Positions 23,770-37,990 are shown, counted from the stretch's first letter. The stretch is 64,000 nucleotides of DNA from Octopus sinensis (GCF_006345805.1 NC_043001.1:67456001-67520000), one strand, 5' to 3'. Notes: generated by a model from the letters alone, not told the origin. Made by a program: numbers and translations.

Positions 23770-24447
23770 TTGATATAAATTCTCACATAGCTCCTCTACA
23801 GTTAGAAGCCTATTCTGCTCTTGTCCCTTCTCTCATATGTAAAACCACCAGTTCTTAGCATAAAGTCATGTCTTTCAGAGTTCATAGTCCTCCAAGCAGC
23901 ATGGCAACCTCACTATTGCTGGTGGTGTGTAAAAAGCACCCAATACATACTGTAGAGTAGTTGGTATCAGGAAGAGCATCCAACCATAGAAATCATGCCA
24001 AAGTTGACAATGAGCACAGTTCTTGGATCTGTTGGTTCCTGTCAAATCATCCAACCCATGCCAGTATAGAACACAGATGTTAAATGATGATGATAATGGT
24101 GAGTAACATTGGTGACTGTGACATCAGAGAAAGTATGATAGATCCGGAATCAAACTGAGAAAGGAGAGAGATTCATAGTGATGAAGGAAGTGGTTCTTTA
24201 ATGACTGTTTTCCTCTCCAAGAAGAGATACTTGAAGTGAAGATGGAGCACACTGAAACATATTTGCAGAGATTTCATTGACAAACATATTGGAATTTGGT
24301 TTCTCAATAAAGGACTGAATGTTCTGGTTGGGATTTGAACTTATGATAGTGTTTGAAATGTTTAAATGTGAAACAACTGCTTCTACTTCAATTTTACATC
24401 TTATTTGACAAATAGATAATAAATGCCAATAGAAACTGTATCATGTG

Positions 24448-24800
24448 TATATACAGTAATAAAGATTGCGTACTGTATATACATAGTACGGCAGGTTGTA
24501 TATAGTGTATGCACAGTATTAAGAAAGTATATGGCATATATACAGTATTAAAGATTGTATATAGTATATATACAGTACTGAAGACTGTATATGTATTGAT
24601 ATTAGGGAAGACTATATACAATATATACATAGTACTGAAGACTATATATTGTATATATACAGTACCGAAAACTGTATATAGAGTATAGACTCATGAAAAT
24701 TCTCTATAGCGTATATACAGTACTAAAGACTGTATATAGTATTTAAGCAGTATTGAAGACTGTATACAGTGTATAAACAACAACTAAAACAGTATTTTTA
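24448..24800. repeat. Diverged ~30-bp minisatellite
   Basis: Recurrent GTATATACAGTACTGAAGACTGTATATA-like units. Confidence 0.7.
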
Positions 24801-25554
24801 TATTGTCTTCAACATATGACCTTGATGGGGGTTATAACCTACAACAGGAATTGAACTGCAGATTGCAAACTAAAACAGATGCTGCCACGTTCAATGATAG
24901 TAAGCTATTTTTCATTGTTGTATATTCTTCTTATTAATATTAGGACAGAACTACTGATAAACGTGTTTACTGGAGTATTGGAAGACAAAATTTAACCCAC
25001 GGCTTGATTCAAACTCAGCTCACATAAATGACATTATCTATTTTAACAACAGATGTGAAGGATAGATAATATGATCTGGTGATGATGAGATTGACTGAGA
25101 GCCACAATCAAGCTCACAATTTAATAAACAGAGTCACAGAAGGATCTAGAACAATGTTAAACTGATGTGAAACTCTAAAATTTAATTATGGTACCTGTCA
25201 AACTGTAAAACTAAATAATGTTTGTCTCGTTGTAAGAATGACTGGAGTTTTCTCACTATGAAATGCAACACCTTGAGGTGTTGTAGGAAAACAGGAAGAC
25301 TGTTGTTGTTATTGCTATTGTTGTTCTTGATAGTGGTGGTGTTTAGCCCTAGGTAAGCCCCAGTTCAATTGCTTAGACTTGAAATCAAATGTATTTTTGT
25401 CATGAAAATCCCATCTAATTTTCATGCATTGTGTGGTTTATACTCCATTATTTATTAAATTAAGTGCCAGTTGCATACTGGGGTCGATCTAATCGATTAG
25501 CCTCCTCCCCCCTAATTTCAGGTCTTGTGCCTATAGAAGAAAGGATTATTTATT

Positions 25555-26104
25555 ACTAGCAGTATAACCCGGCTTTGCCCAGGATTAAATTAGGATTATT
25601 AAGCTAATCAAGTTCTTTATTTCAAACCAAACTAAGTAACATCGACGTCAAATTTGGGTGAAATCCGTTGAAATTGGTTTATATATATATGGGCAACATA
25701 CACACACGTAAGTACATACACCTATTACATACATGATTTTTGTACACATACATGTTCATGTGTGTATGTGTGTGTGTTGCTCGTATATCAACAAAACACT
25801 TTTTTCTTTGATGGAAAAAAAACAACAGTCTTAACAAAAACTTACTTGTCGCTAGAAGGGGACTTAACTCCTGTTTGCAAACAATGGTGATTTCTCTGAC
25901 TTGAAAATTGTTAAAAGTTTTGGTTGAAAATTTATTTTTACTGCTATTTGCTGGTGCCTCTGGTAAAAATAAGTTTACAAAAATACAGCTAGGGTCATGA
26001 CAAATGTCCTCTTAAAATTGGAGTGACATGCATGCTAATTTGTGGACATGTATAAATTACAGTCACATACATACACACACATCCTGCCTTTTATATATAC
26101 AGAT
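25555..26104 (+). mobile_element. Non-autonomous Helitron/Helentron-like (HINE/DINE-like) element
   Basis: Starts ACTAGCAGTATAACCCGG (GC hairpin), ends TTTTATATATACAGAT, and sits between T and T. Related to 49103-50173. Confidence 0.6.
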
Positions 26105-26929
26105 TTATTTCTGTATTTTTTTTCAAAATGGTAAGGTGTCATATGAGAGATATTTAGCTGTTATTTCTAGCTGGCCAAGTGACTATGCAAAGGCTCCCTT
26201 GTTGGCTGAAGATTATTATTAAAACAAGTTACCCAAGAATCATTGATTTGGCTGAAATTGAAAAAACAAAATAGTGGTAGTGGTATGTTGTCAAACTAGA
26301 AATCCTCAGAGATGGTGGGATGTCTACAAAAACATTAATACCTATTTGTAGAAGACAACCGCCACTAGCAACAACAACAAAATGTGTTTAATGATGTCTG
26401 AGTTGATGTGTGTGCATGTCTGTGTTTATGTATGTATTATATGTACACCTTATGTGCTTATACATACAAATAAGCAGATGCACACACACGCACTTACACA
26501 CACACATAAGTATATATATACACACACACACACTCACATATATATGTGCATGATCATACACATACTTTTGTAACTCTATAAGTGAGTATATTTTGTTTCT
26601 TTTTTAATAGATTTTAAAAAATAATACAGTTTCCCAGGTGACAAGAAGAAAAACAAAAGAAAACAACAACCAACTGTGCTACATCACAGCATAAAGATTA
26701 TTAAAGACACAAACAATATTGTATGTATGTATGTACATAGGTATATACACATATACACACATATTTAAAAGGTTGTTTGTTATGGCTGGTCAAAGAGTGA
26801 CCATTGGTTTCACACCTATAAAATACTTAGCTGTAGAGGCGAATTGTCAGATTCAAATGGCTGGATGCATATAACCTCTCTACTGGTCTAATGTTTTAGA
26901 GTGTGCTTCTTTTTCAGACAAGTGACCAA

Positions 26930-26974
<45 letters not shown>

Positions 26975-27898
26975 TCATCATCATCATTTAACCATGTTTC
27001 ATGCTGGTATGAGTTTTTCGGCTGGATACCCTTCCTAATGCCAACCAATTGTGCAATGTTTATCATAATGTAATTGCAACATTATTAACAAGTTATTAAT
27101 ATTGGGAAGAAGATAACAAACGTCTGGTACTTATCAAAATATATTATCCTTAGACAGAGCCAAGATGTTAGTGGGTTATAATAAACGGTTGGCTGTTGTT
27201 CTGTTGGTGTAACTTTCCATCAGGCTCTTTATAACTTGACTTTATCTTAAACTAGCTGACTAAGGCTTATCCCTTAATTCTGTTCTCATAATTGTTTCAT
27301 TAATCCAATAACAACAATACAAAGTATGTAGCCCTTAAAATGGTTTTTGCACATTTACAGAGAATACCAAACTGTCTTACAGGATCTTGTTTTTAGGAAT
27401 TCCTAATAAATTATGAATAACCAAATTGTGAAGTCAGTTATGTAATAACATAAAATTAGTTACCTGAAAGTAAGAATTCAAATACAGTAGCCCCGAGAAG
27501 GGCTTTAATGTGTTCCCAGAGTACATAGAACATAGAAGGAAATACTAATGAGGTATGTATACTAAAATTGTGAAGCATGTTATGTAATAATAGGCTAATC
27601 AGATATGAGATGGTAACAATTCAAAGTAAATACTCCTGAAAAGGTCTTTTGTGCATTCCCAGAGAATATTACCCTCAAAAGAAGGAATCTGGAAAAGATT
27701 TTGGTATTATTTATTCACTATTACACACATTTCATTTGCTAATATGAATCACAAAATTGTACATGTTGGGTAAACATATATGAAATTTCCTAATACAAAT
27801 TCTAGACAGAATCAAATAATACAAAATTTACATTTGGATGAAGTGCTTATACAACAACTACATACTGCATTATAATACTGGAATAAGCTGATATGCTT

Positions 27899-28345
27899 CA
27901 AGAGGGACCAAATAATAGAAACACCTAGCATCAAAGCATCATAATTTGGAAATATATATAAAACCATCGAAAGGTTTTTCTTATTTTTACATGTTTTTGA
28001 TTTATTATTAGTGTTGCTTAGTATGTTTTGCTAAAATTGCTGTTTCTTTTCAGATATTATCAGAAAAAGGTAATTAAAATTCATTAACATGACAGATCTA
28101 TTGGACTTTCAAAGAGGTTAAATTGTTGGTGCTCATATGGCAGGCACTAGCGTAGTGAAAACAGCCAAAATGTTTGGTGTATCAAGAAGTACTGTCTCGA
28201 AAGTAATGACAGCCTTTGAGAAAGAGGGAAAATCCTCATTGTTGAAACAAAACTCCGAAAGAAAACCAAAACTTTCAAATAGGGACTGTCGGACTCTTAC
28301 GTGAATTGTTAAAAAGGATCACAAAAGTACAGCTCCCAAAATTAC
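27899..28345 (+). mobile_element. Tc1-like element 5' half: degenerate TIR, leader and transposase N-terminus (28087-28345)
   Basis: MTDLLDFQRG*IVGAHMAGTSVVKTAKMFGVSRSTVSKVM...RKPKLSNRDCRTL (paired-like HTH with internal stops), cut off by the RTE element. Confidence 0.85.
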
Positions 28346-31300
28346 ATATGGGCAGAATAGTTAGTGGAGGTTTGTTTTTCATGGGTCCTCAAATGAGATA
28401 TGAGCCCAGCAAAAGAAAGGCATGGTCTGTCATAAACTGTGCACACAAAAAGGTCACTGAGATTCACCTCAATCGCAACATTCTTCTTTAAATTTCTCTT
28501 GAGTCTTGCATGTGTTATCCTGGCCTCATCAAATGCTTTCACTCCACTCCACATTTTTGTTTGTCATCCAGCTTGGATCCAGCCTTTGGATCCATTCCAA
28601 GTGACTTCATGGTTGTCCTTATGCCGTCCTTAAACCTCTTTTTAGGTTTACACCAATTGTGTTTCTCCTCTGCAAGCTCACCATAAAACAGCTGTTTGAG
28701 TGTGTGTTCATCCACCATTCAAATAATATGGCTAGACCATCTCATTTGGTTTTTCAGAATCATTGATTTAATTAAAGTAATGTCCTCAGACACAAAGACA
28801 TGTGTCTGGTGTAAAAAAAGCTCCATTTAATGTTTAAAATGCAGTGAAGGCAATTGAAATGTCTTTTATAACACATCCATGTTTCACAAAAATACAACAG
28901 GGATGGTAAGACAAACGATTTGTAAAGAGCCAATTTTGTGTTGTTATTTATATGTTGTTGGCACCAAACGTGTGACTCCAAACCACTAAATGCTTGAGCT
29001 GCCCTTTCAATTTGCAGATGTATTTCTGTGCCCAGATTTCCATCATTTTGTACAGAGTTTCCAAAGTAAATGAAAGAGTTAACAACTTCAGATAACTTAC
29101 CCTTAACAAAAGTTTTAGTAGGGTTGCAAACAGCACCACATGCAGGTTGATACATTACAACTGTTTTTTCAAGTTGATGGTCAAGTCAAAATCATCACAA
29201 GCCAAGTCAAATGCAGATACAAGAGATTGAAGGCCTATTTCAGAGTGACTGACTAGATTGCGATTGTTAGCATATAGAGTTCTCCAATGAGTGAAGTAAA
29301 AACCTTGGTTTTGAATTTCAGTCTGGTCAGATTAAAAACATACCCTGTTGTTCGATACTTTATGTAAATACCCTACTCAGAGTTTTGAAAAGCACGTGAC
29401 AGCACAACAGCAGAGTATATTGCAAAGGGGGTGGATGCATCAAGGTTTCCTTGCTTTACTCCATTTTCTATGGCAAAAGATTCAGAAAGCCTACCACCAA
29501 AATTAACTCTCGCCTTCATATCTTCATGCAAAATCCTGAACGTGTTTACAAATTTTTCTGGGCAACCTATTTTCCTTAGTATTAGCCACAGTATCAAATG
29601 CCTTGATTAAATCAATAAAGCAATGGTATAGGGCAAGATTCTGCTTAATGCACTGTCCCTGAGATTATCTAATACTAAAGATACAGTCAGCTGTGCCCCT
29701 GGTGGAGCAAAAACCACACTGAGACTCAGATACTATATTTGGAACTATGAAGGTATTTAAATGTTCTAACAGAATGCAGGCAAGTACCTTTCCAACTACA
29801 GACAAAAGTGAAATCCCATGAAAATTACCACACAGATCCTTTGGCCCCAATTTATACAAGCAGACTATAATGGCATCAATCAAGTCTTGAGGCACTTCCT
29901 CAGTTCTCCAATTGTGACAAATTAATATCTTAATTTTGTCACTCCATGTTTCAAGACCTCTGCACAGATTCCATCTGACTCTGGAGACTTATTGTTATTC
30001 AGCTTATTCACAGCTAAATAGACGTCATGTAGAGTTGGTTCAAATGCCATCTCTTCTATAATAGGAAGGTGTTTGATTTTTCTATCATCCTCATATCAAC
30101 AGATGATAGTCTATTCAAAAGTGCAGAAAAATGTTTTTCCCAGCGCTTATGAATAGAAGCAGTGTCAGTCAAAAGCAAATGTCCATTTGCTGTTCTTACT
30201 GGAGCTATTGAAGACATTTTGGGCCATATACCTCCTTATCATAAGAGTACAAACCCTTGGCATAATTTCTATCAGCTGCTTCTTGTTTCCCTTTTGCTCT
30301 ATCATTCCACCATTCCTGTTTAATTTTCTTTAGAGTAGTCTGCACTTTCCCTTTCAGCTTCGTTTCCCATAAGCTTCATTTGAGTTGGGGTTCAATGACT
30401 GAGAAAGAAGTGTATTGCCTAAATTTTGTTTTTTAAAAGTAGATCATGAATTTCTGGTGATTTGTCTGAAAACCACTCACTAGACTTATGTGATATAAAG
30501 AACTTGCAGCCTGAAATACTTTTGCTTTAAAATCTTCCCATAGACTATTTGGATCAAGATTGATACTTTCTATAGCATCATGGAATATTTGAAAGTTATT
30601 TGGTAATTTGAAGTTTGCAACATTTAACTTTTATGGTACCTTAGGAACAGACTGTTGACTTATAGGCTTTATCGAAAAATTTATTTTTCCATGCTCTAGA
30701 TGATGGTCAGTCTAGCTCTCTGCTCCTCTCATGGCCCAAACACTAGAAACATCTTTCATATCATGCTTTCTGATTAAAGTATAATCTATGAGATGCCAGT
30801 CCTTAGATCTTGGGTGCATCCAGGTGGTTTTATATTTATTTTTCTGCTTAAACAGAATGTTGGTAACAACCTGATTATTTTCAGTACAAAATGTCAAAAG
30901 AGCTACTCCATTTTTATTACATTTTCCAATCCCATGTCGGCCTAAGGCAGGCCATGAAATGTAATCATTTCCAACTCTTGTGTTGAAATCTCCCAATATG
31001 ATCAAAGGAATTGGTATTCAGTAATTGTATTAGATCATCATAAAACTGTCCTAGAGTTTCATTAAAATGAGACATTGTTAGTGCATAAATACTGACAATA
31101 GTAACAAACTTACCTTTTGTCAGTTTTTTACAGCATGACATGGTTCATTCAGATATGCTACCTGGAAATTCTGCAATGGAGGATACTAATGAATTCTTGA
31201 GAGCAAACCCAAAACAAGATTCTCTATGCTGACCCTCAGGTAGGCCTTTCCAGAAGTTAATATATCCATAAGCAGGTTAATTTATTTGACCCTCACCAGA

Positions 31301-31900
31301 GAGACAAGTTTCAGAGAGTGCAACTATATCAAGGGAATTTTTTTAAGCTCACATGCAATAAGTGCCGTATGCCTTTCTGGCCTCTTGTTGAAATTATCAT
31401 CAAGAAGCGTGCGCACATTCCAACAGCCAAAATTCAGAGGATGCTTATTTTTACTTCTTGAAGATTGTTTGACCACAGTGGCAGGATGATGACCAGGCCC
31501 AGCCTGTGACATGCTGGGACACCTGATGAACCAGACCTGTTCCCTGATGTTCCCAAGACTTTTTTACCATTTACTGAATCTATTTGAGACATTTCAGAGT
31601 AAGTTGCAAGTGCATTTTTAGGTTTTTAGGTTTCTGCCAACCAACCAATTCAATGATTGTACTACGATTTGGTGTACAAGAAGCAATTGTGCAGATGAGT
31701 AATGTTCAATGGGTGTAGCTTGCATTGCACTACTCCCACCAATTGGCTCAAGAAGACTTTTGCTGGTGTGACATGAGAATTGATGAAACCGGGAAATTCC
31801 AAAGTCTCAGGTTTTATTTTGGAGATTTCCTTCTCCTAGGTAGATTACCATCCAAAATTAAAGAGCTTCTACCTGCCCATGAGGTAGGCTATACTGTGCC
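28346..31900 (-). mobile_element. Near full-length decayed RTE (BovB-like) LINE
   Basis: APE domain (GCWNVRTLLD...RPERHTALIA, DIVALSET, IILGDFN, HPRSKDWHLIDY), RT (GISLLSVVGKV, QCGF...RGTAD, GVKQG), C-terminal C2H2-like HLRTH, and 5' UTR motif CTAGGAGAAGGAAA. Many stops and frameshifts. Confidence 0.9.
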
Positions 31901-32218
31901 AGACACCAAACCAACACCCAAACACTCCATAGGGTGATTAAATATCATTCCAGTGTCCAACACAGATCAGCTCATAAAAAAGTAAAAAATATGTAATTTA
32001 AAAATATAGATAAAACAAAATTTAAATATAAATAATATTTAAAAAAACGTTATATACATATTTACACATATCTGTTGCACAGCCATTGTCTATTCATGAG
32101 TTCCTCCACAATATATATATATATATGATAAAAGGGTAAAATTAATTAATTAAATTAATTAATTAATTAATCAATCAGTTAATTAATAATTTTACCAAAT
32201 AGATTGGTACATTAAAAT

Positions 32219-32299
32219 ACAAATATTCTATAATTATAAACATAATTATAATTAGGGGTCAGCTAATTATAATTATGTTTATAATTATAGAATATTTGT
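32219..32299. repeat. Perfect 37-bp-arm AT-rich palindrome
   Basis: ACAAATATTCTATAATTATAAACATAATTATAATTAG-gggtcag-reverse complement. Confidence 0.95.
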
Positions 32300-32819
32300 G
32301 TGTATATATATATATATTGATTTGTTGATTTGTTGTGGCTCGGAAGAAGAAATCATTGTGAGGGTTGTTTCATATATTTTCAGCCAGTTAACCCTATATT
32401 GCATGAATTATTGAGGACAAATACATGAACATTATTTTTACTGAAAGACAATCAAAATCCATAGCTGGAAAGTGAAACATTGCAAATTTTTATGCAAGTG
32501 TAGATATTTGGGTACTTGGGGTTTTGTTAATTTAAAGCAGTAATATTCAAAGAAGGTAAATAAAAACATGTAAATAAATACTTGAATTGTAATTTATTGA
32601 GACATTATCATCATCTGGTCATGTTTATGGCATGGATCGCCATGACTCATTCTCTCCAGACTGTTCAGGTGCTATTGCACATGAGAGGTCTTCTCAGGTG
32701 CACTTGGAGTCTTCGCACATTTGCTTTATTTAGATTCCATTTGGTCTACCAACATTTGTGTACCCATGCTTCAATTTCCATGCTTATCACATGAAGGTTA
32801 CCTAAAAACACAAGAATAA

Positions 32820-34000
32820 CAATAAAAACTGTCTACTTGACATAAGGAAAAACAAAAATTGTTTTTATTCAGTGTGAAAGTGTTTGGAACAGTTTGATTT
32901 TTGCAGTAAAACAAACGTTAACATCACATTTACGACATGTAATGAACTCACAACCTGGATTCTTGCATCTGCCTTTCTTGCCGCCTTCCATGTGCTGGAG
33001 CCAGTGATCAATACCATCTATGTGTATTGACCAATTTGGCACTGGAACTGTCAGTCCTTTGGACTTTTTGGCCAGTACTTGCCTTTCCACTTTGCTTAGT
33101 CATGGGTGTCCTCTTTTGGCTGACTAGGATTTACCTGATCTCACTTTAAAATCTCTAAATTTTAAGTCATATGTAAAAAAACATAAGTTTGTTTTTGAAG
33201 CGTTGGAATGTATTTTAGAACAAGTAGAAAGATAAATTTTTTCAACATTTAAATACTGAACAGTATATATAAAGGATAAAATTCTTTTAAGAGCAGAAAA
33301 ATTTGCTGGCAACTGGTTGCTGGCAAATTTTTCTGCTCTTAAAAGGATTTTAGCCTTTATATATACTGTTCAGTATTTACATGTTGAAAAACAAATTATC
33401 TTTCTACTTGTTCTAAATTTTACATTTGTTGCAGTCTCAGGTTCATTAAATTGGAATAAAAGCTGTGACTGTACCACAACCATATGAAGAAAGTGGAAAA
33501 TAAGTTGGTAGTGTCCCTTTTTTGAGTGAACATAGATTCTGTAAAGGTTCAATAACCCTTCCAGCAAATCTACCATGCCCATAAATGTATTGTATATGCT
33601 AACAATTGAATGGCATGGCATGGTTATGTGAAATTTTTCTTTTCTGTCAAATCTGGAGATTTCAGTGGTTGGATTGACTGCTTCATACGTTGACAACAGT
33701 GGAACAGCACACCATCAAAATTATACGTCCATACTTTGACAGACTTCTTGTCTTTTTGTCTTTAATGTACTGTACCAACCCTACATGAACCTCTGTTCAT
33801 GTAGGGTTTTTAAAAGATCAACACCTCTATACGTATTGTCAAAATACAGTTTGTGCCATTTATACTTGGTATATTTTGCAGCAAAATCATCACAATATTT
33901 CCAGAGGCTTTTAAGTCTGGTTGATTTGGGCATGTTCCAATTGCTCCAGTTTCAACTTTGAAATCATGAATAAGTCTATCTATTTCTAACAACATGGTGG
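32820..34000 (-). pseudogene. piggyBac transposase remnant (C-terminal half with Cys-rich domain)
   Basis: DLKASGNIVM, YNTFMGMVDLLEGLLNLYRI, DGIDHW...KKGRCKNPGC...CRKCDVNVCF. Confidence 0.85.
33207..33426. repeat. ~220-bp fold-back (~105-bp inverted arms, almost no loop)
   Basis: TTTAGAACAAGTAGAAAGATA...GAGCAGAAAAATTTGC / GCAAATTTTTCTGCTC...TATCTTTCTACTTGTTCTAAA, centred at ~33314. Confidence 0.9.
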
Positions 34001-35694
34001 TTTCTTTTTACTATAAAAACTGCTGCAGTTTGTCTGTCAGGTAATAAATGATATGCAAGGCTTTATAAAGTTGCTCAGAAAGACCTGAAATTTTTTAATT
34101 CTCAGCATCTACATTCAATTACATTCACCATGTAACTATGCTAGAATCCACTGTGTTGTTTTAAAGCAACAAAATATAAAAACAACATTTTGCAAGCTTT
34201 TCTATCAAGGTCCATGAGCAATCTTATTTAATACATAGCTTTAAACAGTGTTGTGAAAAGCAAAAGTTCATAACTTAGAACTTTAATGAATTTTTTTACA
34301 CAGTTTGAAGTTTCAATATTCCATCGTCATCATGGATTGATGGCTCGACAAGAGCCAATGGGTCAATGACTGCATTTTGTTCTAATGTTTGCTTTGGTAT
34401 GATCTCTATAGCTTGATGTAAAGAAGTTTCCTAATGTCAGCCTCTTTACATCATGTACTAGGTGCTTTTCCTATGCTACCAGCACTAGTGTGGTCACCAT
34501 CACCCTTGGAAGAGTACAAACCTTGAGGTAGGGGTGGCTTTATGCTAGGAGATAAAGGATTGAAGTATGAGAAAAAGGGAGCAGAACAGATTTCTTGCTG
34601 TAGAACAACCACACGGCTACTTACATTTAGAAGAGATGTTGAAAATGATTGGGTGGAATTGAAAAGAGATAAAATAGAGGTGAAGAGGTATCAGAGTGGT
34701 CCCCTCAAGGTTTATGAGTGAAAATTTTATTGATTGTTAAAACATGTCCTAAGTTGCTTTATAAAAATAAGATGATCAAAAGCATCATGTAATATGACAT
34801 AGAAGAAATAACGGAAGAGAAAACAATACAAAATTTTTGCTGAGAATTATTCTATGGTGGATCTGCTTTCTGAAAATTACACAGTAACTTTTTCCCTTTG
34901 TGCAAACATATACTCAAGATATCAAAAATACATTTTTTGAATTCAAATTGTTCTCATTCTACAGTAATGTTAAAATCTTTTCAGTTAAGCAAAGATGACA
35001 ACTTAGCTACTTTCTACTATTATCATTCTTATAAGTAGGTACTGCCACTAATTAACTTTAATATCTTATTTCTAATGTTGAGTAGCAAATTTCCTACTAG
35101 CACTAATCTAGGAATGCTTGTACAAATAATAGCTCACCTTAAATTCATTTAGTGTTGTATGATTGTCAGCTTTTGGCTGTAAGCCATCAATGAATACTGT
35201 CTCAATTCAGTATACAAAGGAAAGGGCAAAAGAGCTTCCACTAAGCAAGCAGTTCTGACAGTTCTTACAGTTACACCTGCTCTTGATTCTGTTATTACTA
35301 TTATTTAGTTGATGTTTTACATAAATTAAATAAAGTCGCCAATTTTTTTTTTTTTTTGATTTCTTTGTGTTGCTGCAAAAATTTTATCGTCATTATCATC
35401 ATCGTTTAATGTCCTCCTTCCAAACTGATATGATTGAACAGTATGACAGGAGCTGGCAAATCAGAAGACTACACCAAACTCGACTGTCTACTTTGACATG
35501 GTTTCTACAGCTGGATGCCCTTACTAACACCAACTGCTTTACAGTGTGTACTGAGTGCTTTTTACATGACACCAGCAGCAGTGAAGTCACCAAGTAAATT
35601 GCAAGACTGAGAAGTAAATGTACAAGGTGATGAGAAGTTAGAGTATGAATAGAGGGACAGAAACAGGTGTCTTGCAATTGAGGAGATACCTACA

Positions 35695-36200
35695 CCTTTT
35701 CTACATATCAAGCAGGGCCATTTCCCTGAAGGGATTGATAATTTATCTGCTTTCCTTCTTACAAATACTTTAGTCTTTGCTAATTTAACTCTAAAGCCCT
35801 TTGATTTAAGGCCTTGTTTCCACAACTGATATTTTTTCTCTAATTCTACTAGTGATTCAGTTATGCAAACAAGGTCATCAGCATAGGGGAGCTTCGATGG
35901 ACAACTAGTTTCAAAATTCCCTTGTTTTGGCCTGGAGGTCTATGTTAAACAAGATATGACTGAGAATTGATCATTGGTGAACTCCTACCTGTACACTAAA
36001 TTCATTGCTATTCTCATTGCTGACTTTTGCCTTACAGACAGCATCCCTGTAAATGACTTCTAGGACATCTCTAAATCTCTGACTATTCAAAGGATTGTTA
36101 AGCCACCAAACCTTCCTTTTCCAGACTGTTTTGTATCTTAGAGTCTCTCACAGGGAGTTATGGTTGGTAATAGGCAAGAGTACAGTAAGCAGTAAGAGTT
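35695..36200 (-). pseudogene. RTE RT fragment
   Basis: WKQGLKSKGFRVKLAKTKV...SGKWPCLICRKGVG. Confidence 0.75.
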
Positions 36201-36240
36201 CAGTAGTTTTATTCAGTCAACTGACATTGTACTGACAATG

Positions 36241-36312
<72 letters not shown>

Positions 36313-36564
36313 GAGAGAGAGAGAGAGAGAAAGCGAGTGGAGAAAGAGGCTGTGAGATAAAGACAGTCAAGATTTAAGGCATTCTCAAGTAGTGACTGCA
36401 ATTTTCATGCAAGAACTTGTCCACATGGCTTAGCAGTTTACAAAAAAAACACTCATGGTATATGTATCAAATTAAAAATATTAAGTATTGGGGGTTATTT
36501 CTTTGACTAAACCCTTCCAGGTGGCGCCTCAGCAAGTAGATATCATATATATATAAGGTTCAAA

Positions 36565-37440
36565 ATGGGAAAGGAACTCAGGGCTGTATTCTTTCTCCAT
36601 GCTTGTTCAACATATGCACTGAGGAGATAATACAAGAAGCAATACAAGAAGATGGAATCAAAATACATGGCTTGCATATTTCTAATCTAAGGTATGCAAA
36701 ACAATATTGCTCTACCTGTCAAGACTGTAGACAGACTGCAAGAAATGATAGTCAAGAAAGTATCAAATACACATGACCTTTATCTCAATCATAAGACAAA
36801 AGTCATGGTAGTAGGAAAAGAGAAAGGAAATGTTAACATCAAACTGAGCAGCAAAAAGCTTAAACTAGTTGAATTATACAAGTACCGTGGAGCTCAAATC
36901 TCTGATGAAGCCACTTGTAAGAATGAAATTAGGACACAAGTAACTGTGGCAAGAAGTCCATGGAAAAATTTACTAACATCTGGACAAGGAAAAGTGACCC
37001 AACTAAGTTAAAAACAAGGCTAATGTGAGCACTCATTTAGCCAATAAGCATTTATGGTTGCAAAATATGAACTCTGAACAAATTTGGGGAGAAAACAATG
37101 TATTTGAAATGTGGGTGTATAAGAGATTGTTACAAGTATGTTATAAAGATCAATTGACAAATGAATGGGTGCTACAACAAGAGAAAGATGCCAACTTCTG
37201 AACATTGTGAACAAAGAAAATCTCATCTATTATGGCTACATTTGAAGAGGTGTGGAAAACATTATCATTGAAGGAAAAGTAGAGGGTAGTAGGTCAAGAG
37301 GCAGCTAAAGAATGCAGCTGATAGACAATATCAAGAGCTGGTTGGACTAGAGTGGCAAGGCAGCTGGAGAACTTATGCCTAATCGAGTAAACTTTCACTG
37401 TAGTATTATCAATGCGTTGCGGATGTATGATACATGATGA
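36565..37440 (+). pseudogene. RTE-like LINE RT C-terminal fragment
   Basis: GCILSPCLFNI...GLHISNLRYA, then YKYRGAQISDEATCKNEIRTQV; ends in a (GAT)n-like tail. Confidence 0.75.
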
Positions 37441-37479
37441 TGATATGACTGGCATGGCAGTATCATCACTAACTGTTAC

Positions 37480-37990
37480 AAGGACAAAGAGGAGATGCCT
37501 TAGAGAGAAGCAACAGTAGGAGAATCTAACAACTAGTTATGAAGGTCATGGAGACAGTCATAGCCCAATTGAACTACTGTAGAGAAGATCTGAAGGAGAT
37601 GCTGTTTGGCTTTGTCCCTGGAAAAGGCACCACAAATGCAATCTTCTTTGTGAGACAACTGCAGGAGAAAATACTTGGTTAAGAATAAACCACTATTCTT
37701 AGATTTCGTTGATTTGGTGAAAGCCTTTGACAGGGTACCATGCTCAGGAAACTAGGTATAGATGAAGGGCTTGTGAGGTTGGTACAAACTTTGAACAAGG
37801 ATGCAGTAAGTAAAGTGAGAGTCAGCAATGGCTTCAGTGACAAATTTAGTGTGAAGGTAGGAGTTCATCAAGGTTCAGTCCTCAGTCCTATTCATCATAG
37901 TCCTACAAGCCATTACAGAGAAATTTAAAACTGGCTGCCCATGAGAATCCTATGTGTTGAAGATCTAGTCCTAATAGCTGAATCTATAAG
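37480..37990 (+). pseudogene. RTE RT fragment
   Basis: FGFVPGKGTTNAIFFVRQLQEK, DLVKAFDRV, VGVHQGSVLSP. Confidence 0.85.

Noticed and set aside
28054-28069. Apparent 16-nt micro-exon with good splice sites
   Set aside because: It lies within the Tc1 leader between the TIR and the transposase ATG.
31820-31910. Possible HDV-like ribozyme at the RTE 5' end (GCCTACCTCATGG resembles P3/L3)
   Set aside because: Could not identify matching P1 and P2 strands by eye; needs a descriptor search.
35169-35345. Possible terminal exon (FGCKPSMNTVSIQYTKERAKELPLSKQF*) with downstream AATAAA
   Set aside because: Weak acceptor, no recognisable homology and no link to the other exon candidates.
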